This document shows positions 33,278 through 47,069 of a DNA stretch of 64,000 bases, in pieces; within the stretch, counting starts at the first letter, position 1, and every line of letters begins with the position of its first letter. A program made the translations under genes and the position numbers. The stretch spans positions 704,001-768,000 of the forward strand of contig CAVPIB010000001.1 of NCBI GenBank assembly GCA_963704885.1, given 5' to 3'. Under the pieces are notes generated by a model. It ran no database searches. It was not told the DNA's origin and saw only the letters and a list, made by a program, of their open reading frames with translations. Source of the DNA: an uncultured Actinomycetes bacterium. Lineage in GTDB: Bacteria; Actinomycetota; UBA4738; HRBIN12.

Positions 33278-33789
33278 TGGAGGGTCTGAAGGCTCAGGAA
33301 TACGCTTTCATCGTGTTGGCCGTGATCGGAAGCATCAGCGCTATCGCGGTCGTCTTGGCTCGCAACGTGGTGCACGCTGCGCTGTACCTGGTGGTCACGC
33401 TGCTGTCGGTCGGTGCCGTCTTCCTGCTGCTTGGCGCGGAGTTCCTAGCCTGGGTCCAGATCTTGATCTACGTCGGGGCCATCGTGATCCTGTTCCTCTT
33501 CGGCCTGATGCTCACGAAGGCGCCGATCGGTCGCGACACGCTGGACCACCAGAACCGCTGGATCGGCGGGTTGGTGGGTGCCGGAGTGTTCGCGGGTCTG
33601 GTGTTCCTGATCCAGGAAGCGTTCAGTGTGCAGGACGCGGTCGCCGCCCCGACCTTCCAGACGACCACCAGCATGGTCGGGGAGTCTCTGTTCCGCGACT
33701 ACGTGTTGCCGTTCGAAGCCGTGTCGTTCCTGCTGTTGGCGGCCTTGATCGGAGCCATCGTGCTGGCCAGGAAGGACGACGCAACATGA
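33277..33789 (+). CDS. nuoJ2: Complex I-like subunit J, second copy
   Basis: ATG 33277; VQILIYVGAIVILFLFGLMLT, VLPFEAVS. Confidence 0.92.
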   Translation: MEGLKAQEYAFIVLAVIGSISAIAVVLARNVVHAALYLVVTLLSVGAVFLLLGAEFLAWVQILIYVGAIVILFLFGLMLTKAPIGRDTLDHQNRWIGGLVGAGVFAGLVFLIQEAFSVQDAVAAPTFQTTTSMVGESLFRDYVLPFEAVSFLLLAALIGAIVLARKDDAT

Positions 33790-34081
33790 TCCGCCTCCCG
33801 TTCGTCCTCATCTTCTCTGCGCTGCTCTTCTCTGCCGGTGTCTACGGGGTCTTGGCGCGACGCAACGCGGTCATGGTGCTGATGGCCATCGAGCTGATGC
33901 TCAACGCCGTCAACGTGAACCTGGTGGCGTTCGGCTCACAGCTACAGGACATGGGGGGGCAGATGTTCGCCTTGTTCGTGATCGCCGTCGCGGCGGCTGA
34001 GGTCGGGATCGGACTCGCCATCGTGATCCTGCTCTTCCGCAACCGAGAGTCGATCAACGTGGACGAGGTGAACCTTCTCAA

Positions 34082-34088
<7 letters not shown>
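33786..34088 (+). CDS. nuoK2: Complex I-like subunit K, second copy
   Basis: RRNAVMVLMAIELMLNAVNVN, AAAEVGIGLAI. Confidence 0.93.
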
Positions 34089-36046
<1,958 letters not shown>

Positions 36047-36065
36047 CAAGGAGAGTGAGACTTCG

Positions 36066-37601
36066 ATGAGCGGTTGGGAGAGATCGGCGATCACCATCAC
36101 GACGTTGCTGCCGATCGCCGGCGCTCTCGTGATCATCTTCGTCCCGAAAGAGAAGGACCGGCTCGTTCGAGCCCTCGGGATCCTCGTCACGGGGGCCGCC
36201 CTGGCACTGGCGATCGCGATCGCGGTGGGCTTCGACTATGGGCGTCCCGGGCTGCAGTACGTGTTGGATCTCAGTTGGATACCCGTGATAGGCGCCCGGT
36301 ATCACGTCGGGATCGACGGGATCAGTCTGCCGCTCTACGTCCTCACGTTCTTCCTCTCGTTCCTCTGCGCGATCTACACCTGGCGGTACGTGCCCGATCC
36401 CGGCAGGACGAAGGCGTTCATCGCCCTGATGCTGCTGCTCGAGACAGGGATGGCAGGCACGTTCATCGCGTTCGATCTGATCCTGTTCTTCGTGTTCTGG
36501 GAGATGGTCCTGGTCCCTATGTACTTCCTGATCGGGATCTGGGGATCGGCGAACCGCCAATACGCGTCGATCAAGTTCTTCCTTTACACGCTGTTCGGCT
36601 CTGTGTTCATGCTTCTGGGCTTCCTGGCGATGTACTTCCAAGGTCCGGCGCCGCACACGTTCGACATGGTGCGCATACAGGAGTTCGCGCTGGGAGGTGG
36701 GTTCAGCAACAACTTCCAGCTGGTGGTGTTCGGCGCGGTGGCGCTCGGCTTCGCGATCAAGGTGCCGATGTGGCCCTTCCACACGTGGTTGCCCGATGCC
36801 CACACGGAGGCCCCCACTATCGGCTCCGTCCTGCTGGCGGGGGTCATGCTGAAGATGGGCACCTACGGATTCATCAGGATCGCCCTTCCCATGCTGCCGT
36901 ACGGAGCACAGAAGTACGCGCCCTGGATCGGTCTGCTCGCGACGATCGCCATCGTGTACGCCGCGCTGGCGTGCCTCGCGCAGAAGGACCTCAAACGGCT
37001 GATCGCGTTCTCCTCGGTCGGTCACATGGGGTTCGTGATGCTCGGGATCGCCACCCTCACGGAGATCGGGATCCAGGCCGCGATCTTCGGCATGGTGGCG
37101 CACGGGATCATCACGGGGATGTTGTTCTTCTGCGTTGGATCGATCTACGACCGCTACCACACGCGACAGATCGCGGAGATCGGCGGCGGCATGTCGGAGC
37201 GGATGCCGAAGCTCGCGGGGGTCTTCGCGTTCGTGGCGATCGCTTCGCTCGGTCTCCCCGGTCTCGCCGGCTTCTGGGGCGAGGTCATGGCGCTGCTGTC
37301 GTCCTTCAGCCCGAACACAGCGCTCGGTCTGTCCACCTCGCTCTTCCGTGGCTTCATGATCGCCGGCGGCATCGGGACGATCCTCACGGCCGGCTACTTC
37401 CTGTGGATGCTGCAGCGAGTGAACCTCGGCCCCATGCCGGAGCGTTGGAAGGAGCACGACCTCGGCGACACGCTGACGGTGGAGTGGCTGGCGTGGCTCC
37501 CCTTGTTGATCGGGATCGTGGTGCTCGGGCTCTTCCCGCGAGTGATCTTCGGGGTCACCGATGACGCGGTGCGCGGGCTGATGTCGTTCCTCGGGGTGTG
37601 A
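36066..37601 (+). CDS. nuoM2: Complex I-like subunit M, second copy
   Basis: AIKVPMWPFHTWLPDAHTEAPT, AFSSVGHMG. Confidence 0.94.
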   Translation: MSGWERSAITITTLLPIAGALVIIFVPKEKDRLVRALGILVTGAALALAIAIAVGFDYGRPGLQYVLDLSWIPVIGARYHVGIDGISLPLYVLTFFLSFLCAIYTWRYVPDPGRTKAFIALMLLLETGMAGTFIAFDLILFFVFWEMVLVPMYFLIGIWGSANRQYASIKFFLYTLFGSVFMLLGFLAMYFQGPAPHTFDMVRIQEFALGGGFSNNFQLVVFGAVALGFAIKVPMWPFHTWLPDAHTEAPTIGSVLLAGVMLKMGTYGFIRIALPMLPYGAQKYAPWIGLLATIAIVYAALACLAQKDLKRLIAFSSVGHMGFVMLGIATLTEIGIQAAIFGMVAHGIITGMLFFCVGSIYDRYHTRQIAEIGGGMSERMPKLAGVFAFVAIASLGLPGLAGFWGEVMALLSSFSPNTALGLSTSLFRGFMIAGGIGTILTAGYFLWMLQRVNLGPMPERWKEHDLGDTLTVEWLAWLPLLIGIVVLGLFPRVIFGVTDDAVRGLMSFLGV

Positions 37602-37611
37602 TCCTGCGGCG

Positions 37612-39075
37612 ATGAACCAGGTGATCGACTACCACGCGATCCTGCCGGAGCTGATCCTCGCCGGCACGATCCTCCTCGTCCTCGTGGTGGACGTCTTCCT
37701 GCCCGCCAAGCGCAAGTCCTGGTCGATGGCCGTTGCGCTCGTGGGGGTCGTGGCCGCGTTCATCGCGACGTTGACGCTCGTGGGCGACCCTCGGACCACG
37801 TTCGGCGGAGCCTACGTGGTCGACAACTTCGCGGTCTTGTTCAAGCTCTTCTTCCTCACGGTCGCGGTCGTGGTTCTGGCGATCTCGCTGCGGTACGTGA
37901 AGGAAGGCGGGTTCTACCAGGGGGAGTACTACTTCCTGCTGCTCACGTCGTTCCTGGGCTGCATCATGATGCCTTCGTCGCGCGATCTCTTGCTGCTCTT
38001 CATCGCGTTGGAGCTGGTCTCGGCCCCGGGGTTCTTGATGGCAGCCTTCCGAAAGCGTGACCCCAAGTCGAACGAGGCTGGTCTGAAGTTCTTCTTGATC
38101 GGCGTCCTGTCCACGGCCGTGATGCTCTACGGGATGAGCCTGATCTATGGGTTGACCGGATCCACGCGCTTGGACGCGATCGCACGAGAGCTCGCCCACG
38201 TCGGCGCGGCCCAGGAGACGCTGGCTCTCTCGGCGATCCTGTTCGTGGTGATCGGGTTCGCGTTCAAGGTTTCGGCCGTCCCGTTCCAGTTCTGGGCGCC
38301 CGACACGTACGAGGGCGCGCCGGTGCCGGTGGCGGCGTTCCTCGCGGTGGCGTCGAGCGCGGCCGGCTTCGCGGGTCTGCTGCAACTCATGTTCGTGGCG
38401 TTCATCCATCAGTACGCCTTCTGGGCGCCCGTCTTCGCCGCACTGTCGATCGCGACCATGACGCTCGGCAACCTGGTGGCGCTGAAACAGACGCAGGTGG
38501 TCCGTCTGCTCGCGTACTCCGGCATCGCTCAGGCCGGGTACATGTTGCTGCCGTTCGCGCTGGTCTCAGGTGACGTCGCCGTGAACCACCAGGCGTTCTC
38601 GGCGGCGGTTACCTACATCTTGATCTACGGGATCATGAACCTCGGTGCGTTCGCCGTGACGATCGCGGTCAGCCGACGCGAGCCCTCACTGCTGATCGGC
38701 GACTTCGCGGGGCTGGTCCGACGGGCGCCGCTCCTCGCGGTGGGGATGACGGCCTTCATGATCTCGCTGGCGGGTGTGCCTCCAACCGGCGGGTTCTGGG
38801 CGAAGATCTTCATCTTCAGCGCGGCGATCAACCGAGGGGGCATCGGACTCTGGCTGGCCGTGATCATGTTGATCAACTCGGTGATCAGCGTGTCGTACTA
38901 CTTCGCGGTGCCCAAGCAGATGATCTTCGAGCCGGCTGCCGACGACTCGCCGTTGCGTTCGTCGGCTCTGGTCAACGCGGTGGTGGCGATCGCGCTAGTC
39001 GCGATCGTCGCGATCTTCGTCATCCCGAACCCGATCGCACGCGCGGCGGAGATCTCCACCCTCCTCGGCGGCTGA
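37612..39075 (+). CDS. nuoN2: Complex I-like subunit N, second copy
   Basis: EAGLKFFLIG, FKVSAVPFQFWAPDTYEGAP, SLAGVPPTGGF. Confidence 0.94.
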   Translation: MNQVIDYHAILPELILAGTILLVLVVDVFLPAKRKSWSMAVALVGVVAAFIATLTLVGDPRTTFGGAYVVDNFAVLFKLFFLTVAVVVLAISLRYVKEGGFYQGEYYFLLLTSFLGCIMMPSSRDLLLLFIALELVSAPGFLMAAFRKRDPKSNEAGLKFFLIGVLSTAVMLYGMSLIYGLTGSTRLDAIARELAHVGAAQETLALSAILFVVIGFAFKVSAVPFQFWAPDTYEGAPVPVAAFLAVASSAAGFAGLLQLMFVAFIHQYAFWAPVFAALSIATMTLGNLVALKQTQVVRLLAYSGIAQAGYMLLPFALVSGDVAVNHQAFSAAVTYILIYGIMNLGAFAVTIAVSRREPSLLIGDFAGLVRRAPLLAVGMTAFMISLAGVPPTGGFWAKIFIFSAAINRGGIGLWLAVIMLINSVISVSYYFAVPKQMIFEPAADDSPLRSSALVNAVVAIALVAIVAIFVIPNPIARAAEISTLLGG

Positions 39076-39159
39076 GCGCCCCCGACGCCTGCAAGAACCC
39101 TAGGCCCGGTCGTATCGAAACCCCCGTGGGAGCATGGGGCTGTACGGAAGGAGACGACG

Positions 39160-40032
39160 GTGCGGGCAGGCGTTAACCGGCTGAAGACCTGGGTCCTGAT
39201 CGCCGCCCTCGGAGGGCTCTTCGTTCTGATCGGGCAGTGGCTCGGTGGGACGAGCGGTGCGACCATCGCCCTGGGGATCGCCCTGGTCTTCAACTTCTCG
39301 ATGTACTGGTTCTCGGATCGGATCGCCATAGCGACCACGCGGTCGAAGCCGGTCACGGAGCAGCAGTACCCGCAGCTGTACGGGGTCGTCAGGGAGCTGA
39401 CGCAGCTCGAGCAGATGCCGATGCCGCGAATCTACGTCTCGGAGATGATGCAGCCGAACGCCTTCGCGACCGGCCGGAACCCCAGGCACGCCTCGGTCGC
39501 TGTGACGGAAGGGATCCTTCGGATCCTGGATCAGCGCGAGCTGCGAGGCGTCCTGGCGCACGAGCTCTCCCATGTGCGGAACCGTGACATCCTCATCGGT
39601 TCGGTGGCGGGGGCGATCGGCATGAGCATCACGTTCCTCGCGCGGTTCGCTCTCTTCTTCGGCGGCGGCGACGACAACCGCGGCGGCGGGTTCGGGATCC
39701 TGTTCGCGTGGATCCTGGCTCCGCTGGCTGCCGCCGTGATCCAGATGGCCGTTTCGCGCTCGCGCGAGTATCAGGCGGATGAATCGGGCGCGTACCTGTC
39801 TCGCGATCCCACCGCGCTCGCGCGTGCGCTCCGAAAGCTCGAGACGGCGACGCGCCAGGTTCCGGCGCCGGCGAGCCTAAGTCCGGCGGAGGCGCACCTG
39901 TTCATCATGAATCCACTGGCCGGCCGGCGTGGGTCGGGGTTCGGCAACCTGTTCTCCACGCACCCGCCGACCGATCGTCGGGTAGAGCGGCTCGACGCGA
40001 TCGCCCGCGAGCTGGGCAGCCTCACCGGCTGA
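39160..40032 (+). CDS. htpX: Zinc metalloprotease HtpX (M48)
   Basis: PNAFATGRNP, VLAHELSH (HExxH), SRSREYQAD, FSTHPP. Confidence 0.94.
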   Translation: MRAGVNRLKTWVLIAALGGLFVLIGQWLGGTSGATIALGIALVFNFSMYWFSDRIAIATTRSKPVTEQQYPQLYGVVRELTQLEQMPMPRIYVSEMMQPNAFATGRNPRHASVAVTEGILRILDQRELRGVLAHELSHVRNRDILIGSVAGAIGMSITFLARFALFFGGGDDNRGGGFGILFAWILAPLAAAVIQMAVSRSREYQADESGAYLSRDPTALARALRKLETATRQVPAPASLSPAEAHLFIMNPLAGRRGSGFGNLFSTHPPTDRRVERLDAIARELGSLTG

Positions 40033-40036
40033 ACGA

Positions 40037-41392
40037 CTACACCATCGCCTTCAACACGGGGCGAACGTGGTCCATGGTCGTCCGAGGGTTTATGAAGCAA
40101 AGACGCATGACCTTCTCGCCCTCCCACGACGTCGGCTGCACGAACGCGACCTGCTCCTCGAGCAACCGACGCCAGCAGCTGTCGTAGTCCTCTGGTCCCC
40201 AGCCGATCCGACGGAAGAGCAGTACGGACAGGTCTGGTTCCATGATCAACTCGAGGTTCGGGTCGGCCGCGATCGCTGCTGCGGTCTCCCTGGTGATGGA
40301 CAGGACGGTCTCCACAGCGTCGCGGTAGGCGTCGGTCCCGTAGGTTGCAAGCGAGAACCACAGCGGGAGCCCGCGCGCCCTTCGTGACAGGTGATACGCG
40401 TAGTCGGCAGGGTTCCAGTCCGGAGCGGAAAGCGCGGTATCCAGATACGAGGCCACCTGTCGATGCGCCGCGAGCGCCAGAGATGGATCACGGTACAACA
40501 GTGCGCACGCGTCATAGGGCGCGAAGAGCCACTTGTGCGGATCCACGATGAACGAGTCGGCTCGTTCGATCCCGTCATAGAGCGCCCGCGCCGATGGAGC
40601 CAGCAGGCCTCCGCCGCCGTAGGCGGCGTCCACGTGGAACCACAGACCCCGAGCCGCACAGATGGAGGCGACGCCCACTAGATCGTCGACCGTGCCAGCA
40701 TTGGTGGCCCCGGCGCTCGCCACCACAGCGAACACGCCTGCCCCGCCGTCATCGTCCAGGACGCGCTCGAGCGCCTCACCGGTCAGGCGACCGCGGGCGT
40801 CGTGTGGCACGTCCAGGATGTCGACGTCCATCACCCGGGCGGCCGCGGCAACGCTCGAGTGCACCGTGTCGCACGCGGCGAACCGCCACCGCTCGGGTCG
40901 GCCTCCTCGCGCGGTGGCGGCCGCGTGTCTCGCCGTGACCAGCGCGGAGAGGTTGCCGGCCGATCCGCCGGAGACGAACACTCCACCCGCTTGCACTGGG
41001 AAGTCCGCCAGGTCCGCCACCCAGCGAAGGGTCTGATTCTCCGCCCAGATCGCGCCGGCGCCGTCGATCCACCCGGCCGCGATGGTCGAGGATGCTCCCA
41101 CGATCAGGTCGAAGAGAGCGGATGCTTTCGTGGGCGCGCCGGGCACGAACGCGAACGATGCCGGGTGATCGGTGGAGATCGTGGAGGGGGCCAGGACGTC
41201 GGCCCAGATCTCCAGCGCCTTCCGCCAGCCGATCCCTTGCGCGGAGATCGTCTCGCCCGCCAGGGAGTCAAGGGCCTCGGCCGACAGCGTCCGGTCAAGT
41301 GGCTGGGGGTTGGCGATCCGGCCCCGGGCGTAGTCCTCGATCGCCCGCGCCAACTCCTCGGTCTCCGGCGTGTACCGGTGCATCTCTTGCAT
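40037..41392 (-). CDS. PLP-dependent group II decarboxylase family protein
   Basis: Start MQEMHRY at 41392 after GGGAGG; FVSGGSAGN, WFHVDAAYGG, DPHKWLF. Confidence 0.85.
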   Translation of the reverse strand: MQEMHRYTPETEELARAIEDYARGRIANPQPLDRTLSAEALDSLAGETISAQGIGWRKALEIWADVLAPSTISTDHPASFAFVPGAPTKASALFDLIVGASSTIAAGWIDGAGAIWAENQTLRWVADLADFPVQAGGVFVSGGSAGNLSALVTARHAAATARGGRPERWRFAACDTVHSSVAAAARVMDVDILDVPHDARGRLTGEALERVLDDDGGAGVFAVVASAGATNAGTVDDLVGVASICAARGLWFHVDAAYGGGGLLAPSARALYDGIERADSFIVDPHKWLFAPYDACALLYRDPSLALAAHRQVASYLDTALSAPDWNPADYAYHLSRRARGLPLWFSLATYGTDAYRDAVETVLSITRETAAAIAADPNLELIMEPDLSVLLFRRIGWGPEDYDSCWRRLLEEQVAFVQPTSWEGEKVMRLCFINPRTTMDHVRPVLKAMV

Positions 41393-41414
41393 GCAGCCTC
41401 CCACGGGTGCCGGA

Positions 41415-41458
41415 CACGAACCGGGGCCGGCCGAAGGCCGGCCCCGCGAGGGTTCGTG
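41415..41458. other. Strong intergenic hairpin
   Basis: GGGGCCGGCC-GAA-GGCCGGCCCC (41423-41445) enclosed by CACGAACC/GGTTCGTG; no T-tract. Confidence 0.7.
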
Positions 41459-41468
41459 GGGATGACGT

Positions 41469-42854
41469 CTAGCCGGCGAGCTCCGAGCAGAACCCACCGA
41501 ACGCCTCGACGTACGTTCGTACGTCGTCCTCCTTGTGCTGGACCGAGATCGTCCACTGCTCCTCGTCGCCGGGAGTCATGAATAGGCCCCGGTTGATCAT
41601 CCAGGAGAAGCTCGCATAGAAGAACTCGGGCACGGTCTCCAAGAAGTCCCGGTAGTTCGTGAGGGGCTCCTTGCGGTAGGAGACACAGCCCTTCGCGCCC
41701 AGGTCCATCGTGTGGCCGGGGATGTCGTTCTCATCCATCGCCCGCTGACAGCCCTCGGCGAGCATCGTGCCGAGCTTGCCGAGATGGTCGTAGGCGTCCT
41801 TCGTGAGCACCTTCGTCAGCGCCGCCAGGCCGGCAGCGACGGAGAGCGGGTTCCCGTTGAACGTCCCCTGCTGGGCCGCGCCCTTGGTGACCCACTCCAT
41901 GAACCGCGCCTCGCCGCCGAACGCGCCGATCGTGGCGCCACCGCCGATGGCCTTGGCGTATGCGGCCAGATGCGGCCGGACGCCGTAGCGCTCGGTCGTT
42001 CCGCCGTAGGCGATCGTTCCGCCGCACTTGACCTCGTCGTAGATCAATACCGCGCCGTGCTTCTCGCACACGTCGCGGAGAGCCTGCAGGTAGCCAGGCT
42101 TCGGCACGACGAGTCCGATGTTCATCATCACTGGCTCCAAGATCACGGCTGCGACATCGCCGGGGTGATCTTGGAACGCTTCCTCCACGGCGGCCGCGTC
42201 GTTGAACGGCACGACGATCACCGTGTCCCACAACGCCTTCGGCACGCCCTTGGATGTGGGCTCGGTCGTGTACCAGGCCTTCCCCTCGTGCTCCACCTCG
42301 CGACGCATGTCGAGCACGTCGGCCTCAGGCACCACCGAGAACAGCACCGAGTCGTGGTGACCGTGGTAAGAGCCCTCCATCTTGATGATCTTGTCGCGGC
42401 CGGTAGCCGCGCGGGCGACCCGCATAGCGTCCATGGTCGCCTCGGTCCCGGAGTTCACGAAGCGCATCTGCTCCAGCTGGAACCGTGAGCAGATCTCCTC
42501 CGCGAGGGCCACGGTGGACTCAGTGGTGACGGCGAAATGGATGCCCTGGTCGGCGACCTTGCGGATCGCGTCCACGATGATGGGATGTGCGTGTCCGACG
42601 ACGTTGACCCCGAAGCCCCCATGGAAGTCGGTGTACTCGGCGCCGTCGACGTCCCAGACCCGCGAACCGGATCCACGCTTCAGGTACACCGGATAAGGGT
42701 CCCCGGCTTGGAAGTTCGACGCGACGCCGGCGGGGAGGCTCTTGACCGCCCGTTCATGCAGGCTCTTGGATCCGGGTGTCCGGTCGAGCAGGATCTTCGT
42801 TTCCTTCTCGGCGATCTCCGCCGCCCGCACCTTCAGCCGTTCGATGTCAGCCAC
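41469..42854 (-). CDS. Class III PLP aminotransferase (GSA-aminomutase-like)
   Basis: GTG 42854 after AGGAGG; WDVDG, FVNSGTEA, EGSYHGHHD, LIYDEV, AKAIGGG, GTFNGNP. Confidence 0.87.
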   Translation of the reverse strand: MADIERLKVRAAEIAEKETKILLDRTPGSKSLHERAVKSLPAGVASNFQAGDPYPVYLKRGSGSRVWDVDGAEYTDFHGGFGVNVVGHAHPIIVDAIRKVADQGIHFAVTTESTVALAEEICSRFQLEQMRFVNSGTEATMDAMRVARAATGRDKIIKMEGSYHGHHDSVLFSVVPEADVLDMRREVEHEGKAWYTTEPTSKGVPKALWDTVIVVPFNDAAAVEEAFQDHPGDVAAVILEPVMMNIGLVVPKPGYLQALRDVCEKHGAVLIYDEVKCGGTIAYGGTTERYGVRPHLAAYAKAIGGGATIGAFGGEARFMEWVTKGAAQQGTFNGNPLSVAAGLAALTKVLTKDAYDHLGKLGTMLAEGCQRAMDENDIPGHTMDLGAKGCVSYRKEPLTNYRDFLETVPEFFYASFSWMINRGLFMTPGDEEQWTISVQHKEDDVRTYVEAFGGFCSELAG

Positions 42855-43080
42855 GCGTACCACCTCCTGAGGCGCGAAGCCTACCTGGAGCGGCTCTGGG
42901 CAGGCAATCTGGCCGTGGAGGCCGGCCACGCCCCCGAAGTCCGGCTCCAGCTCGACGGTTCGATGAGGTCCAGCGCTCTTCGCGATCGATGCCCGAGCCT
43001 GCTCTGCCCACGGGTAGTCCGGTTCGGGGTCCCGCGCGGGTCGGGACCATCGGCCCTGGAACTGACCCATTCCGGATGGG

Positions 43081-43097
43081 ATACCAGGGTAGGGTAT
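43081..43097. promoter_or_regulatory. CsoR-like operator
   Basis: ATACC-AGGGTAG-GGTAT inverted repeat with G-tracts, just upstream of the operon encoding CsoR. Confidence 0.65.
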
Positions 43098-43119
43098 AGA
43101 GCGAACATAGGAGGAAACG

Positions 43120-43389
43120 ATGATGTGGCAAGGAGGGGGTTCCGATGGCTGGGGCGGATGGCTGCTCATGGCCTTCACGATGCTGGTGTTCTGGGGCGGC
43201 CTGATCCTCCTAGCGGTGTGGGCGATCCGCTCCTTCGGCCGTCCGTCCGGTCAAGACGAGTCGCGGGGACGAGCCGCCGACGCCATGGCCATCCTCGAGG
43301 AGAGGTTCGCCCGGGGGGAGATCGACCAGGACGAATTCGAGCGGCGGGGTGCGATCCTGCGCGGCCAACGCGGGTCGGGAGGGAGCTGA
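43120..43389 (+). CDS. Small membrane protein with SHOCT domain
   Basis: Gly/Trp/Met-rich N-terminus, 1 TM, ILEERFARGEIDQDEFE; AGGAGG RBS. Confidence 0.85.
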   Translation: MMWQGGGSDGWGGWLLMAFTMLVFWGGLILLAVWAIRSFGRPSGQDESRGRAADAMAILEERFARGEIDQDEFERRGAILRGQRGSGGS

Positions 43390-43390
43390 C

Positions 43391-43666
43391 ATGCGCGGGT
43401 ACTCCATGAACAGCAAGGACCTCCTCGACCGGCTCCGCCGCATCGAGGGGCAGGTCCGCGGGGTGCAACGCATGGTGGAAGAGGATCAGTACTGCCTGGA
43501 CATCCTCACGCAGTTGAACTCGGTCACCGCGGCGGTGAAGGCGGTCGGGCTTGGCTTGCTCGACGGCCACGTCCGGCACTGCGTCAAGGAGAGCATCGAG
43601 CAGGGCCAGGGAGACGACAAGGTGGAGGAGATGGTGGCTGCCGTTGCCCGGTTCGCCGGGCGGTGA
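43391..43666 (+). CDS. csoR: Copper-sensing repressor CsoR
   Basis: RLRRIEGQVRGVQRM...YCLDIL...GHVRHCV (C-H-C ligands). Confidence 0.92.
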   Translation: MRGYSMNSKDLLDRLRRIEGQVRGVQRMVEEDQYCLDILTQLNSVTAAVKAVGLGLLDGHVRHCVKESIEQGQGDDKVEEMVAAVARFAGR

Positions 43667-43706
43667 GCAGCGATAGCGATAGCGATAGAGGGGAAGTGAC
43701 GGTGCG

Positions 43707-46709
<3,003 letters not shown>

Positions 46710-46787
46710 GCATGCAGATGGACACGAAACGAACGGAGGCCATGGCGGAGAGGAACTCGCCACGTCGGGTGCTCGAGGACGGGTGGA

Positions 46788-46949
46788 GCCCGCGCGATGG
46801 CGTGCGTCGGGGAGGACGCGATGCCGTGCTGGATCGCGCGGGACATCCTCACCGAGTGTGACGCGCGCGCGTTCCTGTTCGAGGTCGAGGAGGCCTACGG
46901 CCGGTAGTTCGTGAACTGCAGCCCGATGCCGAAGTCGTGTCCGTTCACC
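46788..46949 (+). repeat. Degenerate direct repeat of 52270-52434 (cyclase 3' end plus yajQ 3' end)
   Basis: Exact shared core CGCGCGGGACATCCTCACCGAGTGTGACGCGCGCGCGTTCCTGTTCGAGGTCGAGGAGGCCTACGG; flanks align with mismatches and indels. Confidence 0.92.
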
Positions 46950-47069
46950 TAGGCGATCTCCGTCGCGCGTGCTCAGAGTCTGTCGAGGTCAGCCACGCGC
47001 TGCTCGACCTCGACTCGTTCCTCCGCGCTCTTAGACGCAAACCCGCAGCTCCGCTGCTACCGTCGGGAT

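Noticed and set aside
42855-43178. N-terminal extension of the aminotransferase, or a riboswitch in this gap
   Set aside because: A strong AGGAGG precedes GTG 42854; I recognised no riboswitch consensus.
43670-43688. GCGATA x3 between csoR and copA
   Set aside because: Too short to support a function; no spacers, so not CRISPR.
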